Positions 27,270-38,157 of a stretch of 64,000 bases of DNA are shown here, piece by piece. The stretch's first letter is position 1. Every line of letters begins with the position of its first letter. A program made the position numbers and the translations under genes. The notes under the pieces are model-generated. The model had not been told where the DNA came from and searched no databases. It saw only the letters and a program-made list of their open reading frames with translations. The stretch is from a virus, in the IMG/VR virus record IMGVR_UViG_3300009149_000011, positions 64,001 through 128,000 of that record. One strand, 5' to 3'.

Positions 27270-27905
27270 TTAATTCTTTAATTTATTCATTGCTTCATCC
27301 CTTAATGGGAGATACTTTTTTATTTTCTCTTTTGTAAAGACTCCTTTATCCAATAACATCTTTTCCCATAATTCATTTGATGCTTGGAAATTTACTATTT
27401 TTTGATGTTCTTTTATTTGAAGCCCTAACTCCAATATTCTAAGGGTGTGGAATATGCCTTTCTCAGCTTGCTCATAGTTCTCGTAACTAGACGCTTTAGA
27501 AGCTATATGCCACGAAGATGAGGCTTTGGTTATAATTGCCTTAATCATTTGCTTCTCTTCGTATTTTCGCACCTTAAAAGGCCATTTATTCTTTATAACC
27601 TTTTCATCTGGCAAAGATAAACATTCCCAAGCTGCAATTTCATAGTTATTAATTGCATCTATAAAACCTCCCCTTGAATAACACACTCCTTGTATACTGC
27701 CATCTTCTGATGATATAGCATTATTTTTAAACCCTGCTCTACCATCCCTGGACTTGATCATAGAACTTTTAAATACTATAATGAAATCATCATCCGAGAA
27801 CTCATCATCGGTCCCGTACACTCTAGATCCATAAGGGTAGATATTTACGACCTCCTCTTCATTGATACCTAAAGCGTCACAAATGCTCTTAGCGTTTAAT
27901 TCCAT
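27270..27905 (-). CDS. Pol-beta superfamily nucleotidyltransferase
   Basis: YGSRVYGT..SDDDF; KGIFHTLR. Confidence 0.75.
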   Translation of the reverse strand: MELNAKSICDALGINEEEVVNIYPYGSRVYGTDDEFSDDDFIIVFKSSMIKSRDGRAGFKNNAISSEDGSIQGVCYSRGGFIDAINNYEIAAWECLSLPDEKVIKNKWPFKVRKYEEKQMIKAIITKASSSWHIASKASSYENYEQAEKGIFHTLRILELGLQIKEHQKIVNFQASNELWEKMLLDKGVFTKEKIKKYLPLRDEAMNKLKN

Positions 27906-27939
27906 ATCGCAAATATATGACTTATTATTATAAAATACA

Positions 27940-27968
27940 AATGACGCCCTTTTGAGGCGTCATTTTTA
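27940..27968. terminator. intrinsic terminator
   Basis: aaatgacgcc ctttt gaggcgtcatttt. Confidence 0.65.
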
Positions 27969-28898
27969 TTAAGCGGAAACTAGACCATTTTCTTTTGTTA
28001 ATCTATCAACTAATTGCATTACTGCTATAGTTACTTCCATTTCTGAAGTTGCTCCTGAATTTTGAACCTCTTTGACACCTGCGTTGAATTGTGCTTTGAA
28101 CGTTTGGTAATTTGCGTGGTTCTTATTTAGTGTAGAAACAAACCCTTGAACTACATTGTTAACCGCATCCATTACTGTTTTAGTTACAGCTCTTGAAGAC
28201 CACTCATCTTCAGTAAAGAAAACCATAGAGTCGGTAGAAAATTCATAATACAATTTGATTTTAGTATCTCCTTTTCTGTTTTTTGTCCAAGTAAGAGTTC
28301 TCTCATCTTTAGCTTGATCAAAATCCATGTGCATGTGAGCATCAAACATGTGCTTGATTGTATTCTTGCCTTCGAAAGAACCATCTTTGTTAACGTGACC
28401 GATAACGAATAAGATAGCATTATTTTTACTAGTCCAATCTCTTAAGTCAGCAATAAGGTTCCATAAATCATCAGCAGCGCTCTCTCCGTTACAATCTTCT
28501 TGCAATAACACTTGCAAAGAATCTATTATAACTATTTTTGGCTTAGAGATATCGATTGCTTTGATGAACTCTCCAACATTTGCACAATCATCCTTATCAG
28601 CTATAAGAGCGTTTCTGTGGTCAATTCCGAATCTCTCAGTTTGCTCCTTAACATCACACGCTGGCATTTCACGAGAATAAAGTGCAGACACTTCATTTTT
28701 AAACAATTTCTGTAAAAAGATTGCAAAAGAAGTTTTCCCTGCTCCAGAAGTTCCTGTAAAGAAAACAGCTGAACCTATAACAAATCCATTCTTGTTAGAA
28801 GCAAAGTTGTCAATTCTACTTTCCCCTACAAGCATTGTTGGAGTGTTTCTAGTTTCTACGTCTACGTATGTTTGTAATGCTGAGTTAGAGTTCGTCAT
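27969..28898 (-). CDS. RadA/Sms-like RecA-family ATPase (no Zn finger or Lon-like domain)
   Basis: GTSGAGKT, IIDSLQ, IGHVNKDG..G..TIKHMFD, KNR.G. Confidence 0.75.
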   Translation of the reverse strand: MTNSNSALQTYVDVETRNTPTMLVGESRIDNFASNKNGFVIGSAVFFTGTSGAGKTSFAIFLQKLFKNEVSALYSREMPACDVKEQTERFGIDHRNALIADKDDCANVGEFIKAIDISKPKIVIIDSLQVLLQEDCNGESAADDLWNLIADLRDWTSKNNAILFVIGHVNKDGSFEGKNTIKHMFDAHMHMDFDQAKDERTLTWTKNRKGDTKIKLYYEFSTDSMVFFTEDEWSSRAVTKTVMDAVNNVVQGFVSTLNKNHANYQTFKAQFNAGVKEVQNSGATSEMEVTIAVMQLVDRLTKENGLVSA

Positions 28899-28979
28899 AG
28901 TTGTATAGTTTGTGTTATACTTATCTAACGAACAAATTTGCTAAATGTTTCCATTTTGGAAACTTTTTTACAATAAACT

Positions 28980-30395
28980 TTAAATATTGGACACTAGAGC
29001 CTTAGCAACGCTATAATCTTTAAGGACAGTTCTCTTATTTTTATCTGTTTTTATAATCTTTAGAAGATTACAAATTAAAAAGAAGTCTTGAAGATCCTTT
29101 TCTGAATAATCCACCTTAGCTTCTTGAAGCTTTGTTTTTAATTCTTGAAAAGATGGGATCTGATCTCCAGCTGACAATTCTCCTTTATTAAATACGAATT
29201 CTAGAAAGTTTAAATAAATAGATTCTTTATCATTGCTGAAATCTATAACCTCTTTTTCTGATCCAGACTTTAACTCGTTTAACTTTTCTGTAAATTCCTT
29301 ATTTCTTTCTTCTTTTTTTTCGAAAAATTCTTTCACCTTTTCTTTCACGTCCCCATCTTCTCCTAATCCAGAATATACTACATTACCAATTTCTTCAGGC
29401 TCAGGCTCAACCTTATTTTCCCCATTCATATCTAAGTCTACCTTATTTTCATTAGGAAATAACTCAACTTCTTCTAAATTCTCTATTTCATCACTTAAAG
29501 GATTTGGCTCTATCGTATCGTTAAAAGCCTCAATTTCTATCCTAGCTTTAATTCTATCAAATGATCTGTTAGCAGCCAAAAGCAACACTATCGCAAAAGG
29601 ATCAAACACAAGCATAATCACCATTATAAGATAATTAACAATTAGATCCATATTAATTCCAGTAACATTAGAAAGATACAATAAAGGTCCAACTTCTCCA
29701 ACAGCGGAACCATTAGAGACTTCTATTTTCTCTACTTCTAATTTAGTAATTTCATCTCTTATAACTTGAATTGTTGAATCTGACTTAGAAACAGATTTCG
29801 TTAATCTGATTATTTCAGCATTTGATTCATCTATCTGCTTTCTTGTCGCATTTACCGAACTCCACCACCTTCTAGCATAAAGAGAATCTAATCTTACCTC
29901 AAGAGCTCCTCTTTGTTCATTTAGAGTAGTTATTCTTACAGTGCTTGTTTCCTTAGCTCCTTCAAAATTTGTAATGCTTTCATTTTTAGATTCTATCTTC
30001 TTATCTAATAACTCTATCTCCTTATTACTTTTAGAAAGTTGATTAGCTGTGGCCATGTATCCATGGGAAAGAAATCCGTAGATCCCAAAACTAGTAATAG
30101 CCATTACAACTACAACCATAATAGACATAACGATACTTAATGATTTTTGTTTCAATTTATTAAAGAAACCTTTCACGCTCTCTTCAGCCGTTTGTCTATG
30201 TATCCATGTTGTAGCTACGAATTTTCCAGCTTCAATAAGGGACATCAAAATTATCATGGTAATTCCTGCTCCAGGAAAAGTTTTAGCCATACCAGATACG
30301 GACACGTAACCAGCGGCAATCCCTAAACCTAATGCAATGGATAACACCACTATAGGAAAAAAGTAAACTCCAATTTTCTTTAGTAACAACTTCAT
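28980..30395 (-). CDS. membrane-anchored coiled-coil protein
   Basis: N-terminal TMs (IEAGK, TSFGIYGFLS), coiled coil, GEVGPLLYL..VFDPFAI. Confidence 0.7.
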   Translation of the reverse strand: MKLLLKKIGVYFFPIVVLSIALGLGIAAGYVSVSGMAKTFPGAGITMIILMSLIEAGKFVATTWIHRQTAEESVKGFFNKLKQKSLSIVMSIMVVVVMAITSFGIYGFLSHGYMATANQLSKSNKEIELLDKKIESKNESITNFEGAKETSTVRITTLNEQRGALEVRLDSLYARRWWSSVNATRKQIDESNAEIIRLTKSVSKSDSTIQVIRDEITKLEVEKIEVSNGSAVGEVGPLLYLSNVTGINMDLIVNYLIMVIMLVFDPFAIVLLLAANRSFDRIKARIEIEAFNDTIEPNPLSDEIENLEEVELFPNENKVDLDMNGENKVEPEPEEIGNVVYSGLGEDGDVKEKVKEFFEKKEERNKEFTEKLNELKSGSEKEVIDFSNDKESIYLNFLEFVFNKGELSAGDQIPSFQELKTKLQEAKVDYSEKDLQDFFLICNLLKIIKTDKNKRTVLKDYSVAKALVSNI

Positions 30396-30432
30396 GATAC
30401 AAATTTAATAAATTATAAGAGAAAAATAAAGA

Positions 30433-30906
30433 TTATTTTTCCCCAGGCTTTAACTCAGTATGAGTAAGGTCAACACCTTTCTTTTTCATGAAATCAGACA
30501 CAGTTTTTTTCATCCAGTGCTTTGGTTTTCCCGCTGTCTTTCCTGGGTCTAAATCAGCTAAATGTTTTTTAGTCCAAACGTTAACAGTTCCGTCAGCGTT
30601 TAATTTATCATCAGTGTTATGATACCACTTGTTGTCCTTGTATAGATAAAGAGGATGATTTCTATCATAAGAGAATACAACATACATATCACCAAAGCCT
30701 CCAAGATCCTCTCCAAAAGTATGGCTTCCTACAAAATTTTCTCTGTCCTTTACTTTAACAACAGCATCATCATGTGCCATTCTTTCTTCTTCAAAAGTCT
30801 CTTCTGAGAGACTTTTGTTACTGTTTTCCTTGAAAATTCCGCTTTCTTGAAGGTATTTTTTTAGAATTGAACGTACAATTTTCCTTGTTTCTTCCTTGTT
30901 TTCCAT
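30433..30906 (-). CDS. hypothetical protein
   Basis: ORF track; TATTTATA upstream. Confidence 0.65.
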   Translation of the reverse strand: MENKEETRKIVRSILKKYLQESGIFKENSNKSLSEETFEEERMAHDDAVVKVKDRENFVGSHTFGEDLGGFGDMYVVFSYDRNHPLYLYKDNKWYHNTDDKLNADGTVNVWTKKHLADLDPGKTAGKPKHWMKKTVSDFMKKKGVDLTHTELKPGEK

Positions 30907-31023
30907 GATTGGGATGCAATTTATTATAAATATCTTGAAAAAAGATCAAAAAATCAATAATTTACATATTTAGATTAGTGTTCGAAAATCGGACACGTAT
31001 ATGTTTCACCAAATAAACTTATT

Positions 31024-31845
31024 ATGGGAACATGGAAAAGGGTAAAGTTAACAACAATTTTTACATTATCGTTTGTGGTAGCAATGTTTGCTTACAACAT
31101 CGATCACATCAACAAAAACAATAGCAAACAAGTTATTGAAATTCACGAAACACACTCCATATCTAGTAGTCCAGATCTCAAAAAAGAAATAGAAGAGATC
31201 AAGATAAAGAACAAAAAATCACTAGATAAAGCAATTCAGCTAAAAAATAAGGAGAATTCAATTTACGTAAGATTCACATCAAAAAACCGAAGGTTAGACA
31301 AAAAACTGGCTCAAGAGTTTCTGAAAGCAGCTAAAGCTTTTGAGCTAGATGTATATGACAGAGATTTGAGCATGTTCATTTCTCAACTGCTTTATGAATC
31401 AAATGGGTACCAATACTATCCTAAAGACCATAAAAGTAAATCTAACCAATTAGTAGTTGGGACATCTGGAGAAATAGGGATTGGTCAAATAATGCCAAGA
31501 ACGGCTCACTTCCTGATGAAGAGACATATGCCTATAGATGTTCGTAAAAAGATGCTTTTAGCTGGAGCTGATAATTTTGACCACTTAAGTAATCAAAAAG
31601 ATTATACAGATAAAACAAAGACTCAAATGATTAAATGGCTTTCTAATAGGGAAAATAATTTAGCTATGTGGTCTTATGTGGTAACATATTATACTAAAGC
31701 TAATCAGGGAAACTTGACTCGCGGACTTGTTGCCTATAATAGAGGTCAGGGAGGGTTAAATAAATATGTGAGAAATGGAGGAATCCCTTCTCAATATATA
31801 TATTATAAAGCAATCAAAAAAATTCATAAAGAAATATCTATATAA
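31024..31845 (+). CDS. lytic transglycosylase (SLT) with N-terminal TM/signal
   Basis: YES, GEIGIGQIMP.TA, LVAYNRG. Confidence 0.8.
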   Translation: MGTWKRVKLTTIFTLSFVVAMFAYNIDHINKNNSKQVIEIHETHSISSSPDLKKEIEEIKIKNKKSLDKAIQLKNKENSIYVRFTSKNRRLDKKLAQEFLKAAKAFELDVYDRDLSMFISQLLYESNGYQYYPKDHKSKSNQLVVGTSGEIGIGQIMPRTAHFLMKRHMPIDVRKKMLLAGADNFDHLSNQKDYTDKTKTQMIKWLSNRENNLAMWSYVVTYYTKANQGNLTRGLVAYNRGQGGLNKYVRNGGIPSQYIYYKAIKKIHKEISI

Positions 31846-31879
31846 CTTATTCTAATACGTGAATAACAAATTAATAAAT

Positions 31880-31911
31880 AAAAAAGGGATGCTTATAAAG
31901 CATCCCTTTTT
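31880..31911. terminator. bidirectional terminator between convergent SLT and ssb
   Basis: aaaaagggatgctt ata aagcatccctttttt. Confidence 0.8.
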
Positions 31912-31934
31912 TGTTTGTGTGTTTTTCACCAGTC

Positions 31935-32426
31935 TTAGAATGGCAAATCGTCGTCCTCACTTTGAGTCCAGTCAGCTGATGCAGTAGCTGCAGGTTGTGC
32001 AGGTTGTGCTGGAGCTGCCGCTGCTGCAGGTTGTTTTGTGTAATCCTGAGTATTCTGACTTGCTTGCGCAACTGGAGATGCTTCAGAATCATCTTTCTTT
32101 CCACCAGGTAGGAATTGAAGGTCACGGATTTTTACTTTGACAGCAGTACGGCTGTTACCGTCTTTGTCATCGTATTTGTCCATTGCTAATGTTCCTTGAA
32201 CATAAACATTGCTACCCTTCTTAACGTATTGTTCGATTAGACCAGCAAGACCAGCCCAAGCTTCACAATTAAACCAGTGAGTGTTTTGAACTTTCTCACC
32301 TTGTTTGTTTTTGTACTCTTCATTTACAGCAATAGAAAACGTTGCTACTTTGCTGTTTCCAGCTTCTCTGATTACTGGGTCCTGTCCTACAGAACCTCCT
32401 AGAGTTACTAAATTGATACCTCTCAT
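31935..32426 (-). CDS. ssb: single-stranded DNA-binding protein
   Basis: OB-fold motifs, C-terminal DDDLPF. Confidence 0.95.
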   Translation of the reverse strand: MRGINLVTLGGSVGQDPVIREAGNSKVATFSIAVNEEYKNKQGEKVQNTHWFNCEAWAGLAGLIEQYVKKGSNVYVQGTLAMDKYDDKDGNSRTAVKVKIRDLQFLPGGKKDDSEASPVAQASQNTQDYTKQPAAAAAPAQPAQPAATASADWTQSEDDDLPF

Positions 32427-32553
32427 TTTTCTTTTTTTTGTTTTACTTACTTTACTAAACTTATAGTTATCATATATAATATAATAATTATAGAGGCAAA
32501 TATAAAGCGAATTTTTGGTTTTTTCAAGGTATTTATATAAAAATCTTTTTTAT

Positions 32554-35500
32554 ATGAATTCGAAAGACAAGAGAGTACTACAAGAGGTACAAAAAATGCT
32601 TTTTTTAGCTGAGACTACCAGAAAAGGTGCTCAAGAAAAGTCTGTTTCAGAGAAGCCAGTTCAAGGCCCTTTTTCAGATTATAAGTCAAGTAGCGAAAAG
32701 GACATTCTTCCTTTCCCTATGAAGTACGCTATGGTTAGCAGGGGAGGAGAGAGCTTTAAAGAAGATATGGCTTACGCTTTTCTTTCTTTAAAAGAAGCAG
32801 GTAAAAGCACTGAAGAGGCTATTTCTATATTAGCTCCACAATTAAAAGGAGACCAAAACTTTAAAGGGTTTATTCAATCCTTAGAACAAGCGCAAGAACA
32901 ATCTGGCATCAAAAGCCCAAATCAAGCCGCAGAACTTATTTTTCAAATCCCTGAGGAAATGAAACAATATGGAGACGCTGCTAAGAAAAGATATTTTGAA
33001 CATGCTTTCGGTGATGAAAAAAGTATGATATCATACAACTGGTCTAATGGAAAGCTTTCACCTAGAGGATACTGGCAATTACAATACCTAGCTAGATTAG
33101 CTTCAGGTAAACCATCTTCTCCAGAAGAAAATGCAATATTATCAAGTAGAAGATCTGACCTATATAAAAGGAGAGCTGAAGACACGTTAAGAAGCTTCTA
33201 TAAAAAAGCTATTCTTCCTATAGCTATACCTCTTATGGGTAGAGATGCTAAAGACATTGAAATAGCTGATAGAGATATTGATTTCAAAATTTCTATTGAA
33301 GATGCTGTTGATAAAATGATCGATAACATTGGTCAGTACGATGCTAATAAAAACAACATTGGAGCATGGGCTTTAACTGTAATGAAAAATCAGTTGAAAG
33401 ATACCCTTAAGAAATTTACCACTCAAAAGCTTAGGGCTGGAATAGATACTAAATCGGGCATCAGTATTTCTGACGCGTTTGAAAACAACAATTGGATAGA
33501 CTGGAGATCTACTTTAGATCCAGAGACTTCTATGGGAGAAAATGGTGGTATAGATCAAGATGGAATTGCTTCTGTTAAAGAGGTGGCTGAAGGTGTTTGG
33601 AACTATAAATTTAAGTCTCCATCAGAAGCATATATAGAATTTTCTGAAGCTGCAGAGGGTGAGGCAAACAATATATTCAATAAAGGAAATCTTGTAAAAT
33701 CTGACATTCAAAAACTAAAAGACGTTGGAGCTTTCTTATCTGTTAAAAAAGATGTTGGCTTTGAAGACCCTGGATCATCTAAACAGCCAGATATAGCTGA
33801 TGATTCTAATCAGGATGACAAAGAAAGCATGAGCGATGTAGACGCAAATGAATCTTATGAAGATGTGTTTGAAGAGCTATTATCTGCAGATGAAAATCTT
33901 GGAGCGCAAATTAAAAATAAGCTTAGCGCTTATTTAAGTAAAAATGGAACAGAAGAAATCGGGAGAGCTATTTTTCACTTCATTCAAGACTTCGATTACA
34001 AATTCTTTAAAAATAGAGATACGAAAATTAGTAGATCTGATTTTGAAAAAATTGTTTCTGCTGGTAGAGATAAATATGATAAAGATTGGAAAAATTTTCC
34101 AAAAGAAAAGTTTGGACAATCTTTAGGTAAAAAATATACAAATGACGAAGGGGATATCTATCCAGAGTTAGAGCCTTATGTTTTATCTAAGATGGTAAAA
34201 AGAGGTCAAGAAGGTGGCGGATCTGGAGCTGGTACAAAAATATCAAGAGAAGACTTCGAAGCTGATCAAAAAGAAAGAGGAGTTGATGCTCTTAAAAAAG
34301 ATCAACTTGACGTTTTAGCTGGAGCTGCTGGTAAAGCGCTTAAAGATGGAGTTGGTAGAAACACTAAACTAGGAAAGACGATTGAAAAACTCTTCAATTA
34401 TGAAAGGGGAAATTTAGATGAAAATATGAATAAGAACTTAAATAGCGTTATTAAAGAAGCAATACAAGAAGTGCTGTCTGAAATGAAGCCAAAAACAGTT
34501 GAGCTAAAGGCTATGTCTAAAGTTAACATGTTAAGGCATATATTAGCTCCAAAGTTAGTAAAAGAAGGCTTTACTGCATCTTCAATAAAGGAAGACTTCA
34601 AAGTTAAAAGTGATGGCTCTTTTGCTGGAAACATAAAGAAAGAATATGAAGATGTTATTTTTGAAAATGTTGGTCTTAAAAAAGTTTATGATTTAATAGT
34701 TCACAATTTAGGGTCTGCTCACGTTATATCTGAGGCTACTTCTGAAGAATGGTCTTCACACTATAAGGATAGATGGACTGGGGAGGGGGCAAAATGGCCA
34801 CTAAGTCAAGAGGAAGTTCAGCAAGTAGAAAATGAAATATCACTTGCCGCTCAAGGCAAATCATCATTTGGAGACCTTTCTAAATGGATGAGAGAATATA
34901 ATAATGGTAAAGGTTCTAAAAAAATTACATACGCTCTTAATAGAGCGGTAGAGGAATATCAAAAAACTGGTAACTCTAATTTTTATACTTACTTAATTAC
35001 TTTTTATTCAATAGACCCTACTATAAAAGATGGCTATGTTGGTGGTTTAAGAAAAAGGTATGGCTTAGAAACCGTAGATGATGACTCATTGGGTGAAATT
35101 GTTGATAATGCTATTATGAACAAGATGGAATTAATGATTCAGAATTACAATCCTGCAGACAGTGGCGCTGGAGACTTCTTTTCTTATACATTCGCTCCAA
35201 GAGTTTCTAATATTCTAAGAGATGTACAGACTCAGATAGAAAAGAAGTATGATGAAGACTTAACTGGTGGAGCGTCTAGCAGTGATGATGATGAAAGATC
35301 TAGCTTAAACAAGCAAGCAGTCGCTCAACATCAATCTGATTCTAGCACCACTTTTTCTGATCAAGCTGATGATTTAAAAAAAGGTGTTTATAACAATCTT
35401 AAATCAACTGCTGGAGAAGCTGTGGCAAATGCTTATTATGATTACTTTATTAAAGGCGCACCTCAATGGACTGATTTAGTAGAAGATTCTGAAGATTGGG

Positions 35501-36012
35501 AAAGATATGGTATTAGAGGTAGAGGTAAAAACCAACTTGCTAATAAAGTGCTTATGCCTGGATTAGTAAAAAAAGGAATGAACGCTTCTGAAGTTAAAAA
35601 AGATTTCAGCGTAAACAAAGACACTGGAGCTCTAGCTGCAATTCCTAATGATAGAAAAATTGCATATGAAGCAGCAATAGCTGACGATAGAGTTCTTAAA
35701 AGAATCTACGACTTCATAGTTAACGATCAAGACTTAAACTTTAGGGATCCAAATACAGTGCCTTTGAGTTACATATGGAATAAAGGAGCTAATTCTCCTA
35801 ATCCTTCTGAAAAAAGTCAGGGATTCATTGGAAACATAGAAGCCATTCTCTCAAAGAAATTCAAAGAGAAGTGGGAGCCAATTATCGCTAAAGTAGATGC
35901 TAAATATCCAGGTATAGGAAAAGTGCTATTAAGCAATCCTTACAAAGGGCAAGCAACAAAGCCCGTCAGTCATAAAACTGATTGGAGAGCGGATATGGTT
36001 TTCGATAAATAA
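32554..36012 (+). CDS. large hypothetical protein with two sigma-region-2-like segments and an internal repeat
   Basis: ORF track (1165 aa from TTG 32515; ATG 32554 follows TATTTATA). Confidence 0.75.
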   Translation: MNSKDKRVLQEVQKMLFLAETTRKGAQEKSVSEKPVQGPFSDYKSSSEKDILPFPMKYAMVSRGGESFKEDMAYAFLSLKEAGKSTEEAISILAPQLKGDQNFKGFIQSLEQAQEQSGIKSPNQAAELIFQIPEEMKQYGDAAKKRYFEHAFGDEKSMISYNWSNGKLSPRGYWQLQYLARLASGKPSSPEENAILSSRRSDLYKRRAEDTLRSFYKKAILPIAIPLMGRDAKDIEIADRDIDFKISIEDAVDKMIDNIGQYDANKNNIGAWALTVMKNQLKDTLKKFTTQKLRAGIDTKSGISISDAFENNNWIDWRSTLDPETSMGENGGIDQDGIASVKEVAEGVWNYKFKSPSEAYIEFSEAAEGEANNIFNKGNLVKSDIQKLKDVGAFLSVKKDVGFEDPGSSKQPDIADDSNQDDKESMSDVDANESYEDVFEELLSADENLGAQIKNKLSAYLSKNGTEEIGRAIFHFIQDFDYKFFKNRDTKISRSDFEKIVSAGRDKYDKDWKNFPKEKFGQSLGKKYTNDEGDIYPELEPYVLSKMVKRGQEGGGSGAGTKISREDFEADQKERGVDALKKDQLDVLAGAAGKALKDGVGRNTKLGKTIEKLFNYERGNLDENMNKNLNSVIKEAIQEVLSEMKPKTVELKAMSKVNMLRHILAPKLVKEGFTASSIKEDFKVKSDGSFAGNIKKEYEDVIFENVGLKKVYDLIVHNLGSAHVISEATSEEWSSHYKDRWTGEGAKWPLSQEEVQQVENEISLAAQGKSSFGDLSKWMREYNNGKGSKKITYALNRAVEEYQKTGNSNFYTYLITFYSIDPTIKDGYVGGLRKRYGLETVDDDSLGEIVDNAIMNKMELMIQNYNPADSGAGDFFSYTFAPRVSNILRDVQTQIEKKYDEDLTGGASSSDDDERSSLNKQAVAQHQSDSSTTFSDQADDLKKGVYNNLKSTAGEAVANAYYDYFIKGAPQWTDLVEDSEDWERYGIRGRGKNQLANKVLMPGLVKKGMNASEVKKDFSVNKDTGALAAIPNDRKIAYEAAIADDRVLKRIYDFIVNDQDLNFRDPNTVPLSYIWNKGANSPNPSEKSQGFIGNIEAILSKKFKEKWEPIIAKVDAKYPGIGKVLLSNPYKGQATKPVSHKTDWRADMVFDK

Positions 36013-36019
36013 TAAAAGT

Positions 36020-36049
36020 AAAAAAGACGGTTTAATCACCGTCTTTTTT
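36020..36049 (+). terminator. intrinsic terminator
   Basis: aaaaagacggt ttaatc accgtctttttt. Confidence 0.75.
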
Positions 36050-36092
36050 GTTTTACACTCAATTATATGAAAACATTCATCTATTTATTTAT

Positions 36093-36791
36093 ATGAAAAC
36101 ACTAGATAAAAATTGGTTTTCGGAGGGGTGGATAGACTTTGAGTACAAACAATATATATTGCTTGATTATCTAAAGCAATCAGAAAAGTTTTATCAAGAA
36201 AATAAAATATACCCCTTTTTATCAGATCTACTGGATAGATATAATGAACTTGTGGATTATAAAAATAATCTTAATTCAATAGAAGAGTCATTTCCAAAAA
36301 AGATCATTGGAATAAATCTAAAAAGCAAATCATTCATTTATAAAAGACGAACAAAAAGAGAAATGCCATCTCTTGATGTCATACAGGAAATTGTTGATTT
36401 TTCTATTTCAGAAATGCAGAAAGTAATTAATAGAGGTAAAGATCTGTATAGAAAATTAGAAGATGGAATAGTTTTTCAATCTGTAGGAACAATTCCTAAT
36501 AATAGAGAAGAAGGGTACATATTGGTTAGGTGTCAAAAGAAAGTACACGCTTATAGATATAGATTCTCTATGGTAGAGTCTAGAAACCATCTATCGGTAT
36601 TTCCAGTTAGAACTTTCACATCCACCTTAACTAATACTCCAGGTAAAATAAAAGAAAGATTAAAAAGTAGATATCAGGATATATTAAATCCAGCCGTATA
36701 CTACGTGGACATAAATACAGATGCTCCCTTAGAAGAAACTCTTATGCCCATCATAAAGAGACGGTTCACTAAAGATTTTAGAGGACTCTAA
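36093..36791 (+). CDS. hypothetical protein
   Basis: MKTLDKNWFSEGWIDFEYKQYILL; likely start at ATG 36093. Confidence 0.65.
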   Translation: MKTLDKNWFSEGWIDFEYKQYILLDYLKQSEKFYQENKIYPFLSDLLDRYNELVDYKNNLNSIEESFPKKIIGINLKSKSFIYKRRTKREMPSLDVIQEIVDFSISEMQKVINRGKDLYRKLEDGIVFQSVGTIPNNREEGYILVRCQKKVHAYRYRFSMVESRNHLSVFPVRTFTSTLTNTPGKIKERLKSRYQDILNPAVYYVDINTDAPLEETLMPIIKRRFTKDFRGL

Positions 36792-37039
36792 AATTCAGCC
36801 TCCATTAAATCTTCATAATCTTTTTTTATGTTTTTGTAACGTTTGTAAAAATCTGTGTCAGCCTCATTGTCTTCCAAAGATTTTTCTACCATCTTAAAAT
36901 AAGTTTCCATAGTTGAGATATATATCTGCGTACCTGACTCGCTTAAAACTTCTGGATATTTTTCTGAAAATTCAAGAAATAAAGTGCTGAAATCTCTTTT
37001 AACTTTATACCCTATCCAAAACCTCTTTCTTGTTTTCAT
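36788..37039 (-). CDS. hypothetical protein
   Basis: ORF track. Confidence 0.55.
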   Translation of the reverse strand: MKTRKRFWIGYKVKRDFSTLFLEFSEKYPEVLSESGTQIYISTMETYFKMVEKSLEDNEADTDFYKRYKNIKKDYEDLMEAEF

Positions 37040-37047
37040 GTTTTTTA

Positions 37048-37512
37048 TTATTTATAAAACTCATCCAACCTATCTTTAGCCAACTTTTCGCTATTAGTTC
37101 TAATTAGTGAATGAATGTTCTTGTATTCATAAGAATCGCTATATAAAAAATCTTCACCATGCTCCCTAAAAAAATTTGGAGTAAATTTATAATAAGCTGT
37201 TGTTTTTTTAAATATGTCCTTATTCATAACCCACGCAGTAAACCCTATAACTTTCCTATACTTCATTAGATCTACCGCTGTAACCATAATAGTCTCAAAA
37301 GTTCTCTCAGACTTCTGTTGTCTATATCTTTTTTTAAAATCTAATTTCCACTCCCATAAAAATTTCCATGAAAGAATACCATGCCTCTGACTATAGATAC
37401 CCTCCTTTAATTTCTTATAATGTATAACCATTATATCTTCACCATTCCAGCAAAAATATATATTACCAATCCTTTTGTAACTATAAGGGTTTAGTGTTCT
37501 GTGCTTCTTCAT
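37048..37512 (-). CDS. hypothetical protein
   Basis: ORF track. Confidence 0.55.
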   Translation of the reverse strand: MKKHRTLNPYSYKRIGNIYFCWNGEDIMVIHYKKLKEGIYSQRHGILSWKFLWEWKLDFKKRYRQQKSERTFETIMVTAVDLMKYRKVIGFTAWVMNKDIFKKTTAYYKFTPNFFREHGEDFLYSDSYEYKNIHSLIRTNSEKLAKDRLDEFYK

Positions 37513-37666
37513 CGTCTTCTGAATTTTCGTAATTACCTAGCGCAATTAATTCTGAGATTATTTCCCTATTAATCTCCTGAGTCAAGCTGTCAACTAACTC
37601 TGATACTAACTCATGTTCATAAGGGGGAACGTATTTATTATATGCAAAATAGAATCTTTTACGCAT
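37481..37666 (-). CDS. hypothetical protein
   Basis: ORF track. Confidence 0.5.
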   Translation of the reverse strand: MRKRFYFAYNKYVPPYEHELVSELVDSLTQEINREIISELIALGNYENSEDDEEAQNTKPL

Positions 37667-37674
37667 ACTAAAAC

Positions 37675-38157
37675 TTAAGCATTAGAACAGTAGTAATCAA
37701 TTATTCTTTTAATGACAATGGATTTATCCACAATAGCCTCTTTTAGACCTGGGATCATATTAGCTTCTGGTTGTGAACAGATCTCTTCAAGAGTAAACCA
37801 TCCATAATCTAAATGCTCCTGACTATGCTTATCATCTCCAGAAACATAAGGAACAAATTCTTCTTGAAATATTCCTACAAAAGTATAATACGTATTGTGA
37901 TTTGTTGATTGAATATAGAGTGGTTTATCTGATATTGTGTAAGGCTTGCCGCACTTAGTTTCTTCATAAAACTCTCTCTTAGCCGTCACTTTAGGTTGAT
38001 TATCCTCATCTTCATAAGTTCCTCCAAAAAGCCCCCAACAATTAGGGAAAGTATGTTGTGGTCCAAAACTCCTTCTTCCCAAAAGAATTCTTCCCGTTGA
38101 TTTGGCTATAGGCAGTATGCCTGCGCCAACGTGTTGATTATCCACCATATTCATCAT
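37675..38157 (-). CDS. NUDIX hydrolase
   Basis: WGLFGG......TAKREFYEET. Confidence 0.85.
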   Translation of the reverse strand: MMNMVDNQHVGAGILPIAKSTGRILLGRRSFGPQHTFPNCWGLFGGTYEDEDNQPKVTAKREFYEETKCGKPYTISDKPLYIQSTNHNTYYTFVGIFQEEFVPYVSGDDKHSQEHLDYGWFTLEEICSQPEANMIPGLKEAIVDKSIVIKRIIDYYCSNA

